Virus genome (UHGV): UHGV-0153204
Length of the DNA: 16,283 bases
DNA from: a virus
Direction: 5' to 3' (one strand)
The first letter of the stretch is position 1. Each line of letters starts with the position of its first letter. The notes under the pieces are model-generated. The model had not been told where the DNA came from and did not search any database. It saw nothing but the letters and a program-made list of their open reading frames with translations. Shown here one piece after another: positions 1-7,632 of this stretch. The translations under genes and the position numbers were made by a program.

Positions 1-121
1 CATTTTTGTCGCGCTGGGCTTTGTAGGTAATGGCGTTATCACGGTAATGATTAACCGCCCATGACAGACAGACGATGATGCAGATAACCAGAGCGGAGAT
101 AATCGCGGTTAATCTGTTCAT
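1..121 (-). CDS. Rz: Spanin Rz, N-terminal portion (gene runs off the left edge of the window)
   Basis: Minus-strand translation from ATG at 121..119 gives [39 protein letters not shown]..., closely matching the N-terminus of lambda Rz as I recall it. The ATG overlaps the R stop (ATGA). No stop inside the window. Confidence 0.8.
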   Translation of the reverse strand, partial: MNRLTAIISALVICIIVCLSWAVNHYRDNAITYKAQRDKN

Positions 122-594
122 ACCTCAATCTCTCTGACCATTCCGCCCGCTTCTTTGAATTTTGCAATCAGGCTGTCAGCCTTATGCTCGAACTGACCAT
201 AACCAGCGCCCGGCAGTGAAGCCCAGATATTGCTGCAACGGTCGATAGCCTGACGAATATCACCGCGATCAATCATCGGTAAAGCGCCACGCTCTTTAAT
301 CTGTTGCAGTGCCACAGCGTCCTGGCTTTTCGGAGAGAAGTCTTTCAGGCCAAGCTGCTTGCGGTAAGCATCCCACCAGCGTGAAAGAAGTTGATAACGG
401 CCTGCAGCTGTTGATTTGAGTTTCGGGTTTAGCGTGACAAGTTTGCGAGGGTGATCGGAGTAATCAGTGAAGAGTTCTCCACCGACAATAACGTCATAAC
501 CGTGGTTACGTGTCGGTTGTCGCCCGTTATCCGTTCCCTCTGACCATGCCACCATATCCAGGAAAGCTTTACGCTGGGAATTTAGTACCTGCAT
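118..594 (-). CDS. R: Endolysin R, lambda-type lytic transglycosylase
   Basis: 158 aa; near-identical over most of its length to lambda R as recalled ([44 protein letters not shown]...), including the WSEGT catalytic-glutamate context. Sits immediately downstream of the holin and overlaps the Rz start. Confidence 0.93.
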   Translation of the reverse strand: MQVLNSQRKAFLDMVAWSEGTDNGRQPTRNHGYDVIVGGELFTDYSDHPRKLVTLNPKLKSTAAGRYQLLSRWWDAYRKQLGLKDFSPKSQDAVALQQIKERGALPMIDRGDIRQAIDRCSNIWASLPGAGYGQFEHKADSLIAKFKEAGGMVREIEV

Positions 595-597
595 AAA

Positions 598-924
598 TTA
601 CTCCTTAGAGCCACCAAACTTGTTACCGATTACTCTCATTGCAGCCCCACGAATAGCATCAACACCGATCAGCCCCACCCCACCACCAATGGCAACAGAT
701 AGTGATTTAGGCCATCCGACATACTCAAGAGCGGATGCAAAAGTCAGCGTCAGAGCGCCACAGAGTAGAATTTCGAGTGTTTTTCGCTTCCAGCCGCCAC
801 CACCGCCAAAATAGGCAATACGTAAACCAGCCATAACAATCGACATAATCACTGCGCCCAGCGGTGTGTCTCCACGCCACCAGCTCTGGACCAACTCCAG
901 CCATGTATTTGGGTTATGAGGCAT
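598..924 (-). CDS. S: Holin (class I-like, three predicted TM segments)
   Basis: 108 aa directly upstream of R with three hydrophobic stretches (LGAVIMSIVMAGLRIAYF, TLEILLCGALTLTFASALEYVGW, LSVAIGGGVGLIGVDAI) and a charged C-terminus. Position in the S-R-Rz cassette is canonical; it is not the lambda S sequence itself. Confidence 0.8.
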   Translation of the reverse strand: MPHNPNTWLELVQSWWRGDTPLGAVIMSIVMAGLRIAYFGGGGGWKRKTLEILLCGALTLTFASALEYVGWPKSLSVAIGGGVGLIGVDAIRGAAMRVIGNKFGGSKE

Positions 925-1065
925 TTGTAGTTATCTCTCACCTCGCTGATACAGCAGGTGCAAATTGAGGAAACATCATGTACCGCAAATCAGAAGCGGA
1001 AACGTCAAAGAAGCCGAGTCAATGGATAACTGCGGGATAGGCTAGGACCAAGGAATCCCCAGACC

Positions 1066-1098
1066 CAGAAACGACAAAACCCGCTCGATGGCGGGTTT
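1066..1098 (-). terminator. Intrinsic terminator on the minus strand upstream of S (tR'-like position)
   Basis: Minus-strand RNA would read AAACCCGC-CAUCGA-GCGGGUUU followed by UUUGUCGUUUC. Stem 1077..1084 / 1091..1098, U-rich tract from 1076 downward. The plus-strand version has only a 3-T tract. Confidence 0.45.
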
Positions 1099-1215
1099 AA
1101 GCTGTGTGGCGAAGTGAGCACACTTAACAGATTACGATATTTTTTGCGTACGCGTTAGTGTTTTGATAGAATTTTCAGCCACATAAAAATTCATTCTTAT
1201 AATTCGGGATATATA

Positions 1216-2391
1216 ATGGATATAACTTGTTTAGAATGTGGCAATGTTCTTGACGACCCAACTGTAGCTTGCGATAAATGCGGTGCCACGCCTCATGTTG
1301 TAGCGCTGGGCAAACAATCGTACTTTCCTATTGGTGCTGTAACAGCAAATCTTGAAAAAAATGATTCAAGAGCATTTGATTATCGATTAGGTGAAGTTTG
1401 GGATCTAAAAAATGAAGTCACATCTGAATTCATAACCAGAATTGAGAAAAAATTTAGCCGAAAAAACAAATTTCATAACTTCCTAGACTCAGATCACAAC
1501 CCTTCATCCATTCCTACGATCCTAAAAAAATACATTAATAAAAATAATGAATTCATTGATTTATCTAGAGCTATAATAGAGAAGCTTAAACATAATGCTA
1601 ATAACGAATCGAGAGTTGCCCAACTTCAGGGGGGGAGCGTTGTTTTCATCCACTATAAGTCTACCGAACCAGAGGATTTGGGGAAACTTCTAATCGTAAT
1701 GGTTGATAAACAAAGCGCCTATGACTTTGATTCGGATAAGTTGACCCCAACAAGATTAAATCCAATTAATACCGATGCCTTACGGCAGGCTGCGATGTTC
1801 GATTTAACTTTATTCGAAGCCAGTTATCCAGAAAACAAGGGTGACTCATATGTACATTTCTTGCAAGGTAAATCTAAAAGCGATTTTTTCAAAGACTCAT
1901 TAGGTTGCCGACATGATTCGGACAATAAAAGAAGCATTCAGCAATTATTCAGTGCTATAGATATTTTTGCTAGTAAAAACTCACTCGGTCGTGTACTGCG
2001 TGATACTATTGACAATGAAGTTAAATCCTTACTGGAAAAAAAATCAAAAGATAAACACGGAAATAAGTCCGTTAAGATAGAGGATATTTCAAAAATAATT
2101 GACTCATGCCTGACTGATTCACACAAATGTAAGGGAACGTTTGTCGATTTTGTTAATCTTAATGGTTTCCAGATTGACCCTCAATTTGAACCAACTCCTA
2201 AAGCAGCTGAAAGCGCGCTTACAATTGAAGTGGCAGATAACGACAATAATTTTAAGTTGAAAATAATGCGTGGAGCTATTGGAGACGAAAAGTCAAATAA
2301 GCCTGTAATTCTCACTGACAACAAATGCGAAATTGTGATAAAATTGAGTCAGGCAAATTATGATGAACTCAAAAGATATAGAGACAGCTAA
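1216..2391 (+). CDS. Hypothetical protein: N-terminal CxxC...CxxC zinc ribbon plus NdpA/YejK-like nucleoid-associated-protein domain (candidate cassette gene A)
   Basis: 391 aa ORF, visibly AT-rich. N-terminus CLECG...(12 aa)...CDKCG. The central region GGSVVFIHYK...YVHFLQGKSKSDFFKDSLGC resembles the GGFVLFCHY...[23 protein letters not shown] block of E. coli YejK as I recall it. Needs HMM confirmation. Confidence 0.7.
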   Translation: MDITCLECGNVLDDPTVACDKCGATPHVVALGKQSYFPIGAVTANLEKNDSRAFDYRLGEVWDLKNEVTSEFITRIEKKFSRKNKFHNFLDSDHNPSSIPTILKKYINKNNEFIDLSRAIIEKLKHNANNESRVAQLQGGSVVFIHYKSTEPEDLGKLLIVMVDKQSAYDFDSDKLTPTRLNPINTDALRQAAMFDLTLFEASYPENKGDSYVHFLQGKSKSDFFKDSLGCRHDSDNKRSIQQLFSAIDIFASKNSLGRVLRDTIDNEVKSLLEKKSKDKHGNKSVKIEDISKIIDSCLTDSHKCKGTFVDFVNLNGFQIDPQFEPTPKAAESALTIEVADNDNNFKLKIMRGAIGDEKSNKPVILTDNKCEIVIKLSQANYDELKRYRDS

Positions 2392-2393
2392 TA

Positions 2394-3608
2394 ATGACAA
2401 TTGCTGATGACTTATCAAGATTAGCGCAGATTATTAACGGAGCCTCAAGCAGAGTTGAGGGCTACTACACTGTCATAAGTCTTGAAGAAAGCATTGTTAT
2501 TGTAAATAGTTCTGAAATAATTAGACTGTTACAATCTATAGGTTATAAAAAGGCAACAACCTGCATCGAAAATAATGAAATTTGGCTAGATCGCCAAGCT
2601 TCATCTTGGGATGATGCTATAATTTATGAGAATGTTGAGTCTTTTTGGTCTAGAGTAAACACCCAAAACGCTCTTCCGAAAAATTATATCATCGGAACGC
2701 CGTTAATACTCCCTACTTCTAAGAATGAAAGCATCGAAAAAATCCATATTTTCTTTATGTGGAAAGATATCCTTTCATTAATTTCTGATCATCATAACAG
2801 TGACTGCTCTGTCTTATTTTTCACCAATGAAGACAAAAGTTATACAGTCGAACTCACGCATTTTTTACAATATAGCGAGATTAATCGCTTATCGAACTCG
2901 TCTCTTAAATATGAAATTATAAAGGAGCTTCTCGACACAATAAAAATCAATGATTTACACAAAAGCGAGCGCAAGCTCGTTATACGCTCAGCCATAAACG
3001 AAGTATTTAAAGCAAATGGTACGTTCAATTTCTTTGACTTGCTTAACTCTACTGAACTCGTCAGGAAAAAATATGATGAACTATATGAGATTTACACAAA
3101 GAGGTTTTCTGTAAATAAAATTCTTAACGAACTCGATGAGAAAAATCTTGAGTTCACGAGTAAAATTAACGAATTCATATCATCTAATCAGACAAAAGCA
3201 TTGACTATTCCCGGTGCATTAATAGCAGCTGGTGGCTTAGTGAAGGCTAATGAAACAACCGAAGCAATATTGATTATCGCAGGACTTTGGATGATAAAAA
3301 AAGTCAATTACATTTCTATTGAGATATTCAATGAAACATTCGACAACTTACGTTCTCGAGTGGAGTCCGCTTTCGATAAGTATTTAAAGTTTGAAGAAAA
3401 TAAAGAAATCAAAGATAATGCAGATAGTATTAAGAGTAGCATTACAGGTTTGATTGATAAAGCTAAAAAAAGGATGAGAACTGTTAAATATCTCGCATCA
3501 GCCATGTTTTATGGAGGCCTTATTTACGTTGGATATAAACAGTTCCCAGTCTTTTTTGAAAAATCGGCAGTAAATCTATTTTATTTTTTATGCCATACTA
3601 TAAGCTAA
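2394..3608 (+). CDS. Hypothetical protein with predicted C-terminal membrane-spanning segments (candidate cassette gene B)
   Basis: 404 aa ORF starting 2 nt after the gene A stop (likely translationally coupled). AT-rich, Lys/Asn/Ile-rich. Hydrophobic segments ALTIPGALIAAGGLV / AILIIAGLWMI and YLASAMFYGGLIYVGY near the C-terminus. No recognisable catalytic motif by eye. Confidence 0.7.
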   Translation: MTIADDLSRLAQIINGASSRVEGYYTVISLEESIVIVNSSEIIRLLQSIGYKKATTCIENNEIWLDRQASSWDDAIIYENVESFWSRVNTQNALPKNYIIGTPLILPTSKNESIEKIHIFFMWKDILSLISDHHNSDCSVLFFTNEDKSYTVELTHFLQYSEINRLSNSSLKYEIIKELLDTIKINDLHKSERKLVIRSAINEVFKANGTFNFFDLLNSTELVRKKYDELYEIYTKRFSVNKILNELDEKNLEFTSKINEFISSNQTKALTIPGALIAAGGLVKANETTEAILIIAGLWMIKKVNYISIEIFNETFDNLRSRVESAFDKYLKFEENKEIKDNADSIKSSITGLIDKAKKRMRTVKYLASAMFYGGLIYVGYKQFPVFFEKSAVNLFYFLCHTIS

Positions 3609-3959
3609 CATTGCTAAACAGCCATCAACAAACCCCATTGCAGTTTGCAGTTCCTTCCTAATTGTGCCATCAGAGCATTTTCTCTTCTTCGCAATAGTGC
3701 GTAATGAGATACCGATAACAAAGTGGGCGATGATGAGCTCATATTCCTCTGGTTTATACCTTCTCAACCGAGCCACACAACTGTCTATCATGATGCCTTC
3801 GTCATCATCACACTGAATCCGTGACTTTTTGCCATGAGGTAAAAGTCCCTTGAAACCAGCCGCTATCGGCTGCCAGTCCACTCCGCTATTGTCTGAAGCA
3901 GCCCAAGCTCCCCAACGATCCATTACTTCATACATATCACGCATCAACTTTCTCCACAA
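3588..3959 (-). CDS. Q: Late antiterminator Q (QuuD-like short Q family)
   Basis: 123 aa; motif pattern RWGAWAA...W..IAAGFKGL...KSR.QC.DD...CSDG.I.K.LQ.A.GF matches DLP12 QuuD-type Q proteins as recalled. Lies upstream (in phage orientation) of the lysis genes. True start may be the internal Met (MRDMYEVMDRWGAW). The 3' end overlaps the convergent cassette gene B by about 21 bp. Confidence 0.75.
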   Translation of the reverse strand: MWRKLMRDMYEVMDRWGAWAASDNSGVDWQPIAAGFKGLLPHGKKSRIQCDDDEGIMIDSCVARLRRYKPEEYELIIAHFVIGISLRTIAKKRKCSDGTIRKELQTAMGFVDGCLAMLAYSMA

Positions 3960-3961
3960 AA

Positions 3962-4957
3962 TCAGGCCAGCACACCAATTGCCAGCGCACGATCGATAAA
4001 ACGAAATATCAACTCCAGCTGGGAGCCATACTTCTCTTCAAATGCCACGGTATCCGCATGCAGCTCGTCGTGATGCTTTCTGCACAAAGGCAGCACAAAG
4101 AGATCATGCGCTTTTGTACCCATTCCCCCCTGACCGTGGCCTATCAGATGGTGGGGATCATCAGCAGGCTTTCCACAACATGCACACGGCTGCGTCTTAA
4201 CCCAGCGCGTGTACTTTTCATTAACCCAGCGGCGACGTTTTGGGCGTAACATAAAAGACTCCGGCGACTCCGGATCCACTTTCAGCGCCAGCACCTTTTT
4301 AGCTTTATCCTGGATGATGCTGGTGGCAGGAACCGAAGGCACAAGGTCACTTTCCCGGGTGACAGATGGCACAACAGGCTTCGGTAATCTCAGTGCCTTA
4401 CGGGCTGCACTTTCCGGTAAGGCATCCGCCAGATCATTACGAACCAGCCACCAGCACAGTTCCGGCATTGTCACAACGTGACTGTCATCAAAACCGAGAT
4501 CCCGACGCACGACAGACAACACCCAGCGGGCACAGTTATCCGTTGCCATTGATTCCAGCCGTTCCGTGAACTGGTCACGCAGCTGGTTATCGCAGTGCCA
4601 GCACAGACGAATTGCTCCCGGAGCGTGCCGCATTGTGGTCATGTTCTCGCTGTGCCAGTCAGAATGAGGCCACTGACAGCCCTTTTCACGAAGTAACCAG
4701 CTTTCAAGACATTCCACGCCACCAGCACGACGGATCACTGCCTCATTGCGGAACACGGTCCGAACGGCAGGATCATCCGCCAGCGGTTGTGATGCCGCCG
4801 GAACGGCACCACTGGCGAAAGATGAATAACGTTCCGGCTCTGGCTCCAGCAGGACACGCCCCTGCATAAACAGGGGCATCAGCTCTGAACCTGGCCTGAA
4901 CAATACGATCCCCATACGCGGGGCAATTTCAGGCGTCAGTAGTGCTCTCACGGTCAC
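3962..4957 (-). CDS. DUF968-like nin-region protein with C-terminal HNH-like Cys/His motif
   Basis: 331 aa; C-terminal CACCG...DPHHLIGHG...HDLFVLPLCRKHHDELH cluster typical of the DUF968/YdfU-like prophage proteins. Tightly packed between Q and the KilA-N gene. Confidence 0.6.
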   Translation of the reverse strand: MTVRALLTPEIAPRMGIVLFRPGSELMPLFMQGRVLLEPEPERYSSFASGAVPAASQPLADDPAVRTVFRNEAVIRRAGGVECLESWLLREKGCQWPHSDWHSENMTTMRHAPGAIRLCWHCDNQLRDQFTERLESMATDNCARWVLSVVRRDLGFDDSHVVTMPELCWWLVRNDLADALPESAARKALRLPKPVVPSVTRESDLVPSVPATSIIQDKAKKVLALKVDPESPESFMLRPKRRRWVNEKYTRWVKTQPCACCGKPADDPHHLIGHGQGGMGTKAHDLFVLPLCRKHHDELHADTVAFEEKYGSQLELIFRFIDRALAIGVLA

Positions 4958-4958
4958 C

Positions 4959-5756
4959 TCAATGAACGGTATCGAGTAGCTTTAACAGCTCAGGGAATCG
5001 GGATTCGAAGAAATGCGGCTGCGTCTCGCGCGGATTTGCGGGACTGGTGATGTTCTTGCCGAACATGCAGCCTTTCGCCGTCAGCGACCAGAATTTTTTG
5101 ATGTTGTTAATCGCGGTACGGCTGTATCGTTCGCGCTGCTCGACGATCCCCAGCTTCACCATCTGGTGATATGCCTGATTAGCTGTCAGGCGGATACCAT
5201 ACTGCTTCAGCAGTGCACTCAGTGACAGCGTGGGGCGGCTTGAGCCATCAGGCGCGTCAGCAGGAGCATCAATGGCATAGCGCGGTGCCAGATTCGGTAA
5301 GCCAACAGCCTCCTGGAGTTTCTGACAGGCTCCAAGCACTGAAGAGTTAGACAGATTTAACTCCCGGCGCATAAAGTCCAGCAGAATCACGCCAGCCTGC
5401 ATCTTGTCAGCAGCCTGTCCGGATAATTTTTCAGGTGCGCTGGTTACCATGTCGAAAGTACGGATCACCTTCAGATGGAATGACGGGCTGATCCACATTG
5501 CATAGGCATACACCAGTTCTTTGCAGACATACGTCCCCTGGTTATTTCCGCCACGAATAACGTTAACTGGCTCTATATTGACCGAGTTGCAAATCTGCAA
5601 CTCGCTTATTAAACGTTCAGTTTGCTCATTGCGGAGCCAGAATGCAGGCTTATGCTTATCCAGAGAACCGGCAGCCCTGTGCAGATCGTTCAGGCTGTAA
5701 CGACCATAAGCATCACGACGAACTTCAATACCATCAATGACCATCAGATTATTCAT
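4959..5756 (-). CDS. KilA-N domain protein (putative antirepressor-like)
   Basis: 265 aa; N-terminal MVIDGIEVRRDAYGRYSLNDLHRAAG...KHKPAFWLRNEQTERLI is a typical KilA-N signature as I recognise it. C-terminal half uncharacterised. Confidence 0.65.
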   Translation of the reverse strand: MNNLMVIDGIEVRRDAYGRYSLNDLHRAAGSLDKHKPAFWLRNEQTERLISELQICNSVNIEPVNVIRGGNNQGTYVCKELVYAYAMWISPSFHLKVIRTFDMVTSAPEKLSGQAADKMQAGVILLDFMRRELNLSNSSVLGACQKLQEAVGLPNLAPRYAIDAPADAPDGSSRPTLSLSALLKQYGIRLTANQAYHQMVKLGIVEQRERYSRTAINNIKKFWSLTAKGCMFGKNITSPANPRETQPHFFESRFPELLKLLDTVH

Positions 5757-5775
5757 ACTTCGTTTCTCCTCTTAA

Positions 5776-6165
5776 TCAGGCGGCTGCACCCGCCGGTTTC
5801 TCGTACTTACTGATAGTGATCTCGACCTTCCCTTCCGGGATAACCGGTCCCCACTCCACCAGCATTCTTTTCACCTGACTGTCGTCTTCCCACACACCCG
5901 CGTGGGTCAGGGCGTCAAACAGCGCCTTGTTATAGTTGTCCAGATCGCGGATCCGGTTATCCGGAGGAAACAACACGATCTCCACTGAAGCTGGTGCCGA
6001 CGTTGGTTTCGGCAGACGGCGTAACTGCTCAATGATGGCGGCACACGCCGCGCCCTGGAATTTACGCCCCGCCGCGCTTATCAGGCTCTTACCTGCAAAA
6101 GCCCCTTTGTTGGGGTGTCGCCAGTACGTGTTCACGCTGGGGGGAAACGGCAGGATCAGCTTCAT
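5776..6165 (-). CDS. rusA: Holliday junction resolvase RusA
   Basis: 129 aa; pattern LPFPPSVNTYWRH...DLDNYNKALFDALTHAGVWEDDSQV matches the RusA family (compare E. coli RusA LPWPPSNNRYYRH...[25 protein letters not shown]). Canonical nin-region position upstream of Q. Confidence 0.85.
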   Translation of the reverse strand: MKLILPFPPSVNTYWRHPNKGAFAGKSLISAAGRKFQGAACAAIIEQLRRLPKPTSAPASVEIVLFPPDNRIRDLDNYNKALFDALTHAGVWEDDSQVKRMLVEWGPVIPEGKVEITISKYEKPAGAAA

Positions 6166-6488
6166 ACTTTCAGGCCCCTCTCATGTAACCAGTGGGCTGC
6201 ACGCAGCCTGCCGTTTTCCTCACCGGCAAGCAGTGCGCGGATAATCCCGACCGCCTCGCTGTCGTCGTCCTTCACCGCGGTATGAAGAGTTATCCCCCGG
6301 GCCACGCCACGCTTTATCGTGATGACGCCTTTTTTCTCCAGTGCGCGAAGATGCTCCACCGCTGCATTCACCGAACGGTATCCCAGCATGGTTGCCACCT
6401 CCTGATTGGTTGGCGGAAAGCCACGTTCTTGCTGGTAAGAAATCAGCATATCCAGCACCTGCTGCTGGCATTGAGTTAACGTCGTCAT
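6162..6488 (-). CDS. LexA N-terminal DNA-binding-domain-only protein (no S24 peptidase domain)
   Basis: 108 aa; LTQCQQQVLDMLISYQQERGFPPTNQEVATMLGYRSVNAAVEHLRALEKKGVITIKRGVARGITL aligns by eye to the LexA winged-helix domain ([55 protein letters not shown]). Ends without a cleavage-site or peptidase region. Confidence 0.7.
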   Translation of the reverse strand: MTTLTQCQQQVLDMLISYQQERGFPPTNQEVATMLGYRSVNAAVEHLRALEKKGVITIKRGVARGITLHTAVKDDDSEAVGIIRALLAGEENGRLRAAHWLHERGLKV

Positions 6489-7138
6489 GCCGCCATCTCC
6501 CTGACCAGTTTTTCCGCCTGCTGGCGAACCTGCGCCAGAAAGGCCTCACCACATGCCTCAAGTTCATCGCGCCCGATGTAGCTGATTGCCGATCCCTTCC
6601 AGGTCTTGTCGAAAACAGCAATGGCACCAGCGAAGAAAGCACCTGTCGGCACCTGCTTCTCGTCCTTCGGTATAAACCAGGCAGGTAGTTCAAAACCAAT
6701 ACGCCCGCGAATAAAAGCAATATGATCTGCATCTTCCGGCCACCACACTTCGCTGGTAGCTGCTTTGATCAAGAAAACATAGCGCCCGCCTTTATCACGC
6801 ATGGCACTGGCATGCTTCATGATGTAACGCATGCCGGTGATGTATTGCCCCTCATGCTGACTGGCGCGGCTGTATGGGGGATTACCAAAGGCAGCACCTT
6901 TAAGCTCCGCAAGACGTTCTGACCAGTCATGCGCCAGCGCGTTGTCTTCCGCCGTGTAATACGCGGCACATTTGGCGTTATCACCGTCAGTGAACAGATC
7001 CAGAACAAACGGGCCAAACAGGGTGTTAATTCCCCAGAAAATGTTGTCCGGCGTGCGCCACTGATCGCCCACTTCCTTCAGTTCATGGGCTGGTTTGTTC
7101 CGCAGTTCCACCAGCGCCTGCCAATATTTATTACTCAT
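6485..7138 (-). CDS. Phage N6-adenine DNA methyltransferase (Dam-type, NPPY motif)
   Basis: FGNPPYS motif (NPPY-type amino-methyltransferase motif IV) and overall resemblance to phage Dam-family proteins. The six-frame ORF starts at 7171; the Met at 7138 (MSNKYWQ...) overlaps the upstream stop by 1 nt and is the more likely start. Confidence 0.7.
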   Translation of the reverse strand: MSNKYWQALVELRNKPAHELKEVGDQWRTPDNIFWGINTLFGPFVLDLFTDGDNAKCAAYYTAEDNALAHDWSERLAELKGAAFGNPPYSRASQHEGQYITGMRYIMKHASAMRDKGGRYVFLIKAATSEVWWPEDADHIAFIRGRIGFELPAWFIPKDEKQVPTGAFFAGAIAVFDKTWKGSAISYIGRDELEACGEAFLAQVRQQAEKLVREMAA

Positions 7139-7632
7139 TAAGCCCCCACGTAATTCCCTGACAGATACCACTCATCACCCGATACAGCGCACTTGCTGCT
7201 TTTCCGTAAGCACCGCTCACGGCGCGCCAGAAAATTGTTTCGTTCTGGCTGGGAGTGGCTTTCACGGAATGCCGCCATCCACACGGTTGCAGCACGACGG
7301 TATAAGCCCCTGGACTCCAGTTCTTCAGCCTGGCGGGTCAGGCACAAAATTACCCGTGGATCGTTAGTGCCGACATAGAAATTGCGCACAGGTCTGGTTT
7401 CACGAACTGGTTGTGGTTCCGGCTCCTGCGCTCTCTCAGTCAGGCGCGGGAAATGTCTGCGTGTATCTCCTTCACAACGGTGATCCACACGCCCACTCTG
7501 ACGTAACTTGCTTGCTGACTGCAGAACGCGCTGCCGTGAGTAACCTGCAAAAGCATCCGCAATGTCTCCGGAAGTACACCCCGGATGGGCTTCAATGAAT
7601 TTCTGAACGTCATTTAACAGACTCATGATCAC
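7138..7632 (-). CDS. Hypothetical prophage protein, possibly PerC-like regulator
   Basis: 164 aa ORF, translationally coupled on both sides (ATGA overlap with the upstream gene). The segment LESRGLYRRAATVWMAAF is reminiscent of PerC-family proteins, but this is weak recall, not a confirmed match. Confidence 0.5.
   Translation of the reverse strand: MIMSLLNDVQKFIEAHPGCTSGDIADAFAGYSRQRVLQSASKLRQSGRVDHRCEGDTRRHFPRLTERAQEPEPQPVRETRPVRNFYVGTNDPRVILCLTRQAEELESRGLYRRAATVWMAAFRESHSQPERNNFLARRERCLRKSSKCAVSGDEWYLSGNYVGA

Noticed and set aside
620-814. 64-aa plus-strand ORF (Pro-rich) inside the holin gene
   Set aside because: Lies entirely antisense within the well-supported holin CDS; composition reflects the mirror of the Gly-rich holin codons, and there is no RBS. 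Treated as a spurious overlapping ORF.
1164-1203. Candidate sigma70 promoter for cassette gene A (TTGATA at 1164..1169, TATAAT at 1198..1203)
   Set aside because: The two hexamers are 28 bp apart, so they cannot form one promoter, and the TATAAT is only 12 nt from the ATG. A promoter probably exists here, but I cannot define it confidently enough to list as a feature.
1938-3505. Short minus-strand ORFs (1938..2126, 2840..3028, 3308..3505) inside cassette genes A and B
   Set aside because: Embedded antisense in longer, coupled plus-strand ORFs. AT-rich DNA has few stop codons in reverse frames by chance; no independent support.
4058-4869. Several plus-strand ORFs (60-90 aa) within the DUF968-like gene
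   Set aside because: All are antisense to a 331-aa ORF with a recognisable Cys/His motif; sequences are Arg/Ser/Pro-rich in the way typical of antisense translation of GC-rich coding DNA.
5936-7017. Overlapping ORFs on both strands across RusA, the LexA-like gene and the Dam gene (e.g. 6220..6732 minus, 6341..6688 plus)
   Set aside because: They conflict with three tightly coupled minus-strand genes that have recognisable family signatures; the alternatives are Arg-rich, low-complexity translations.
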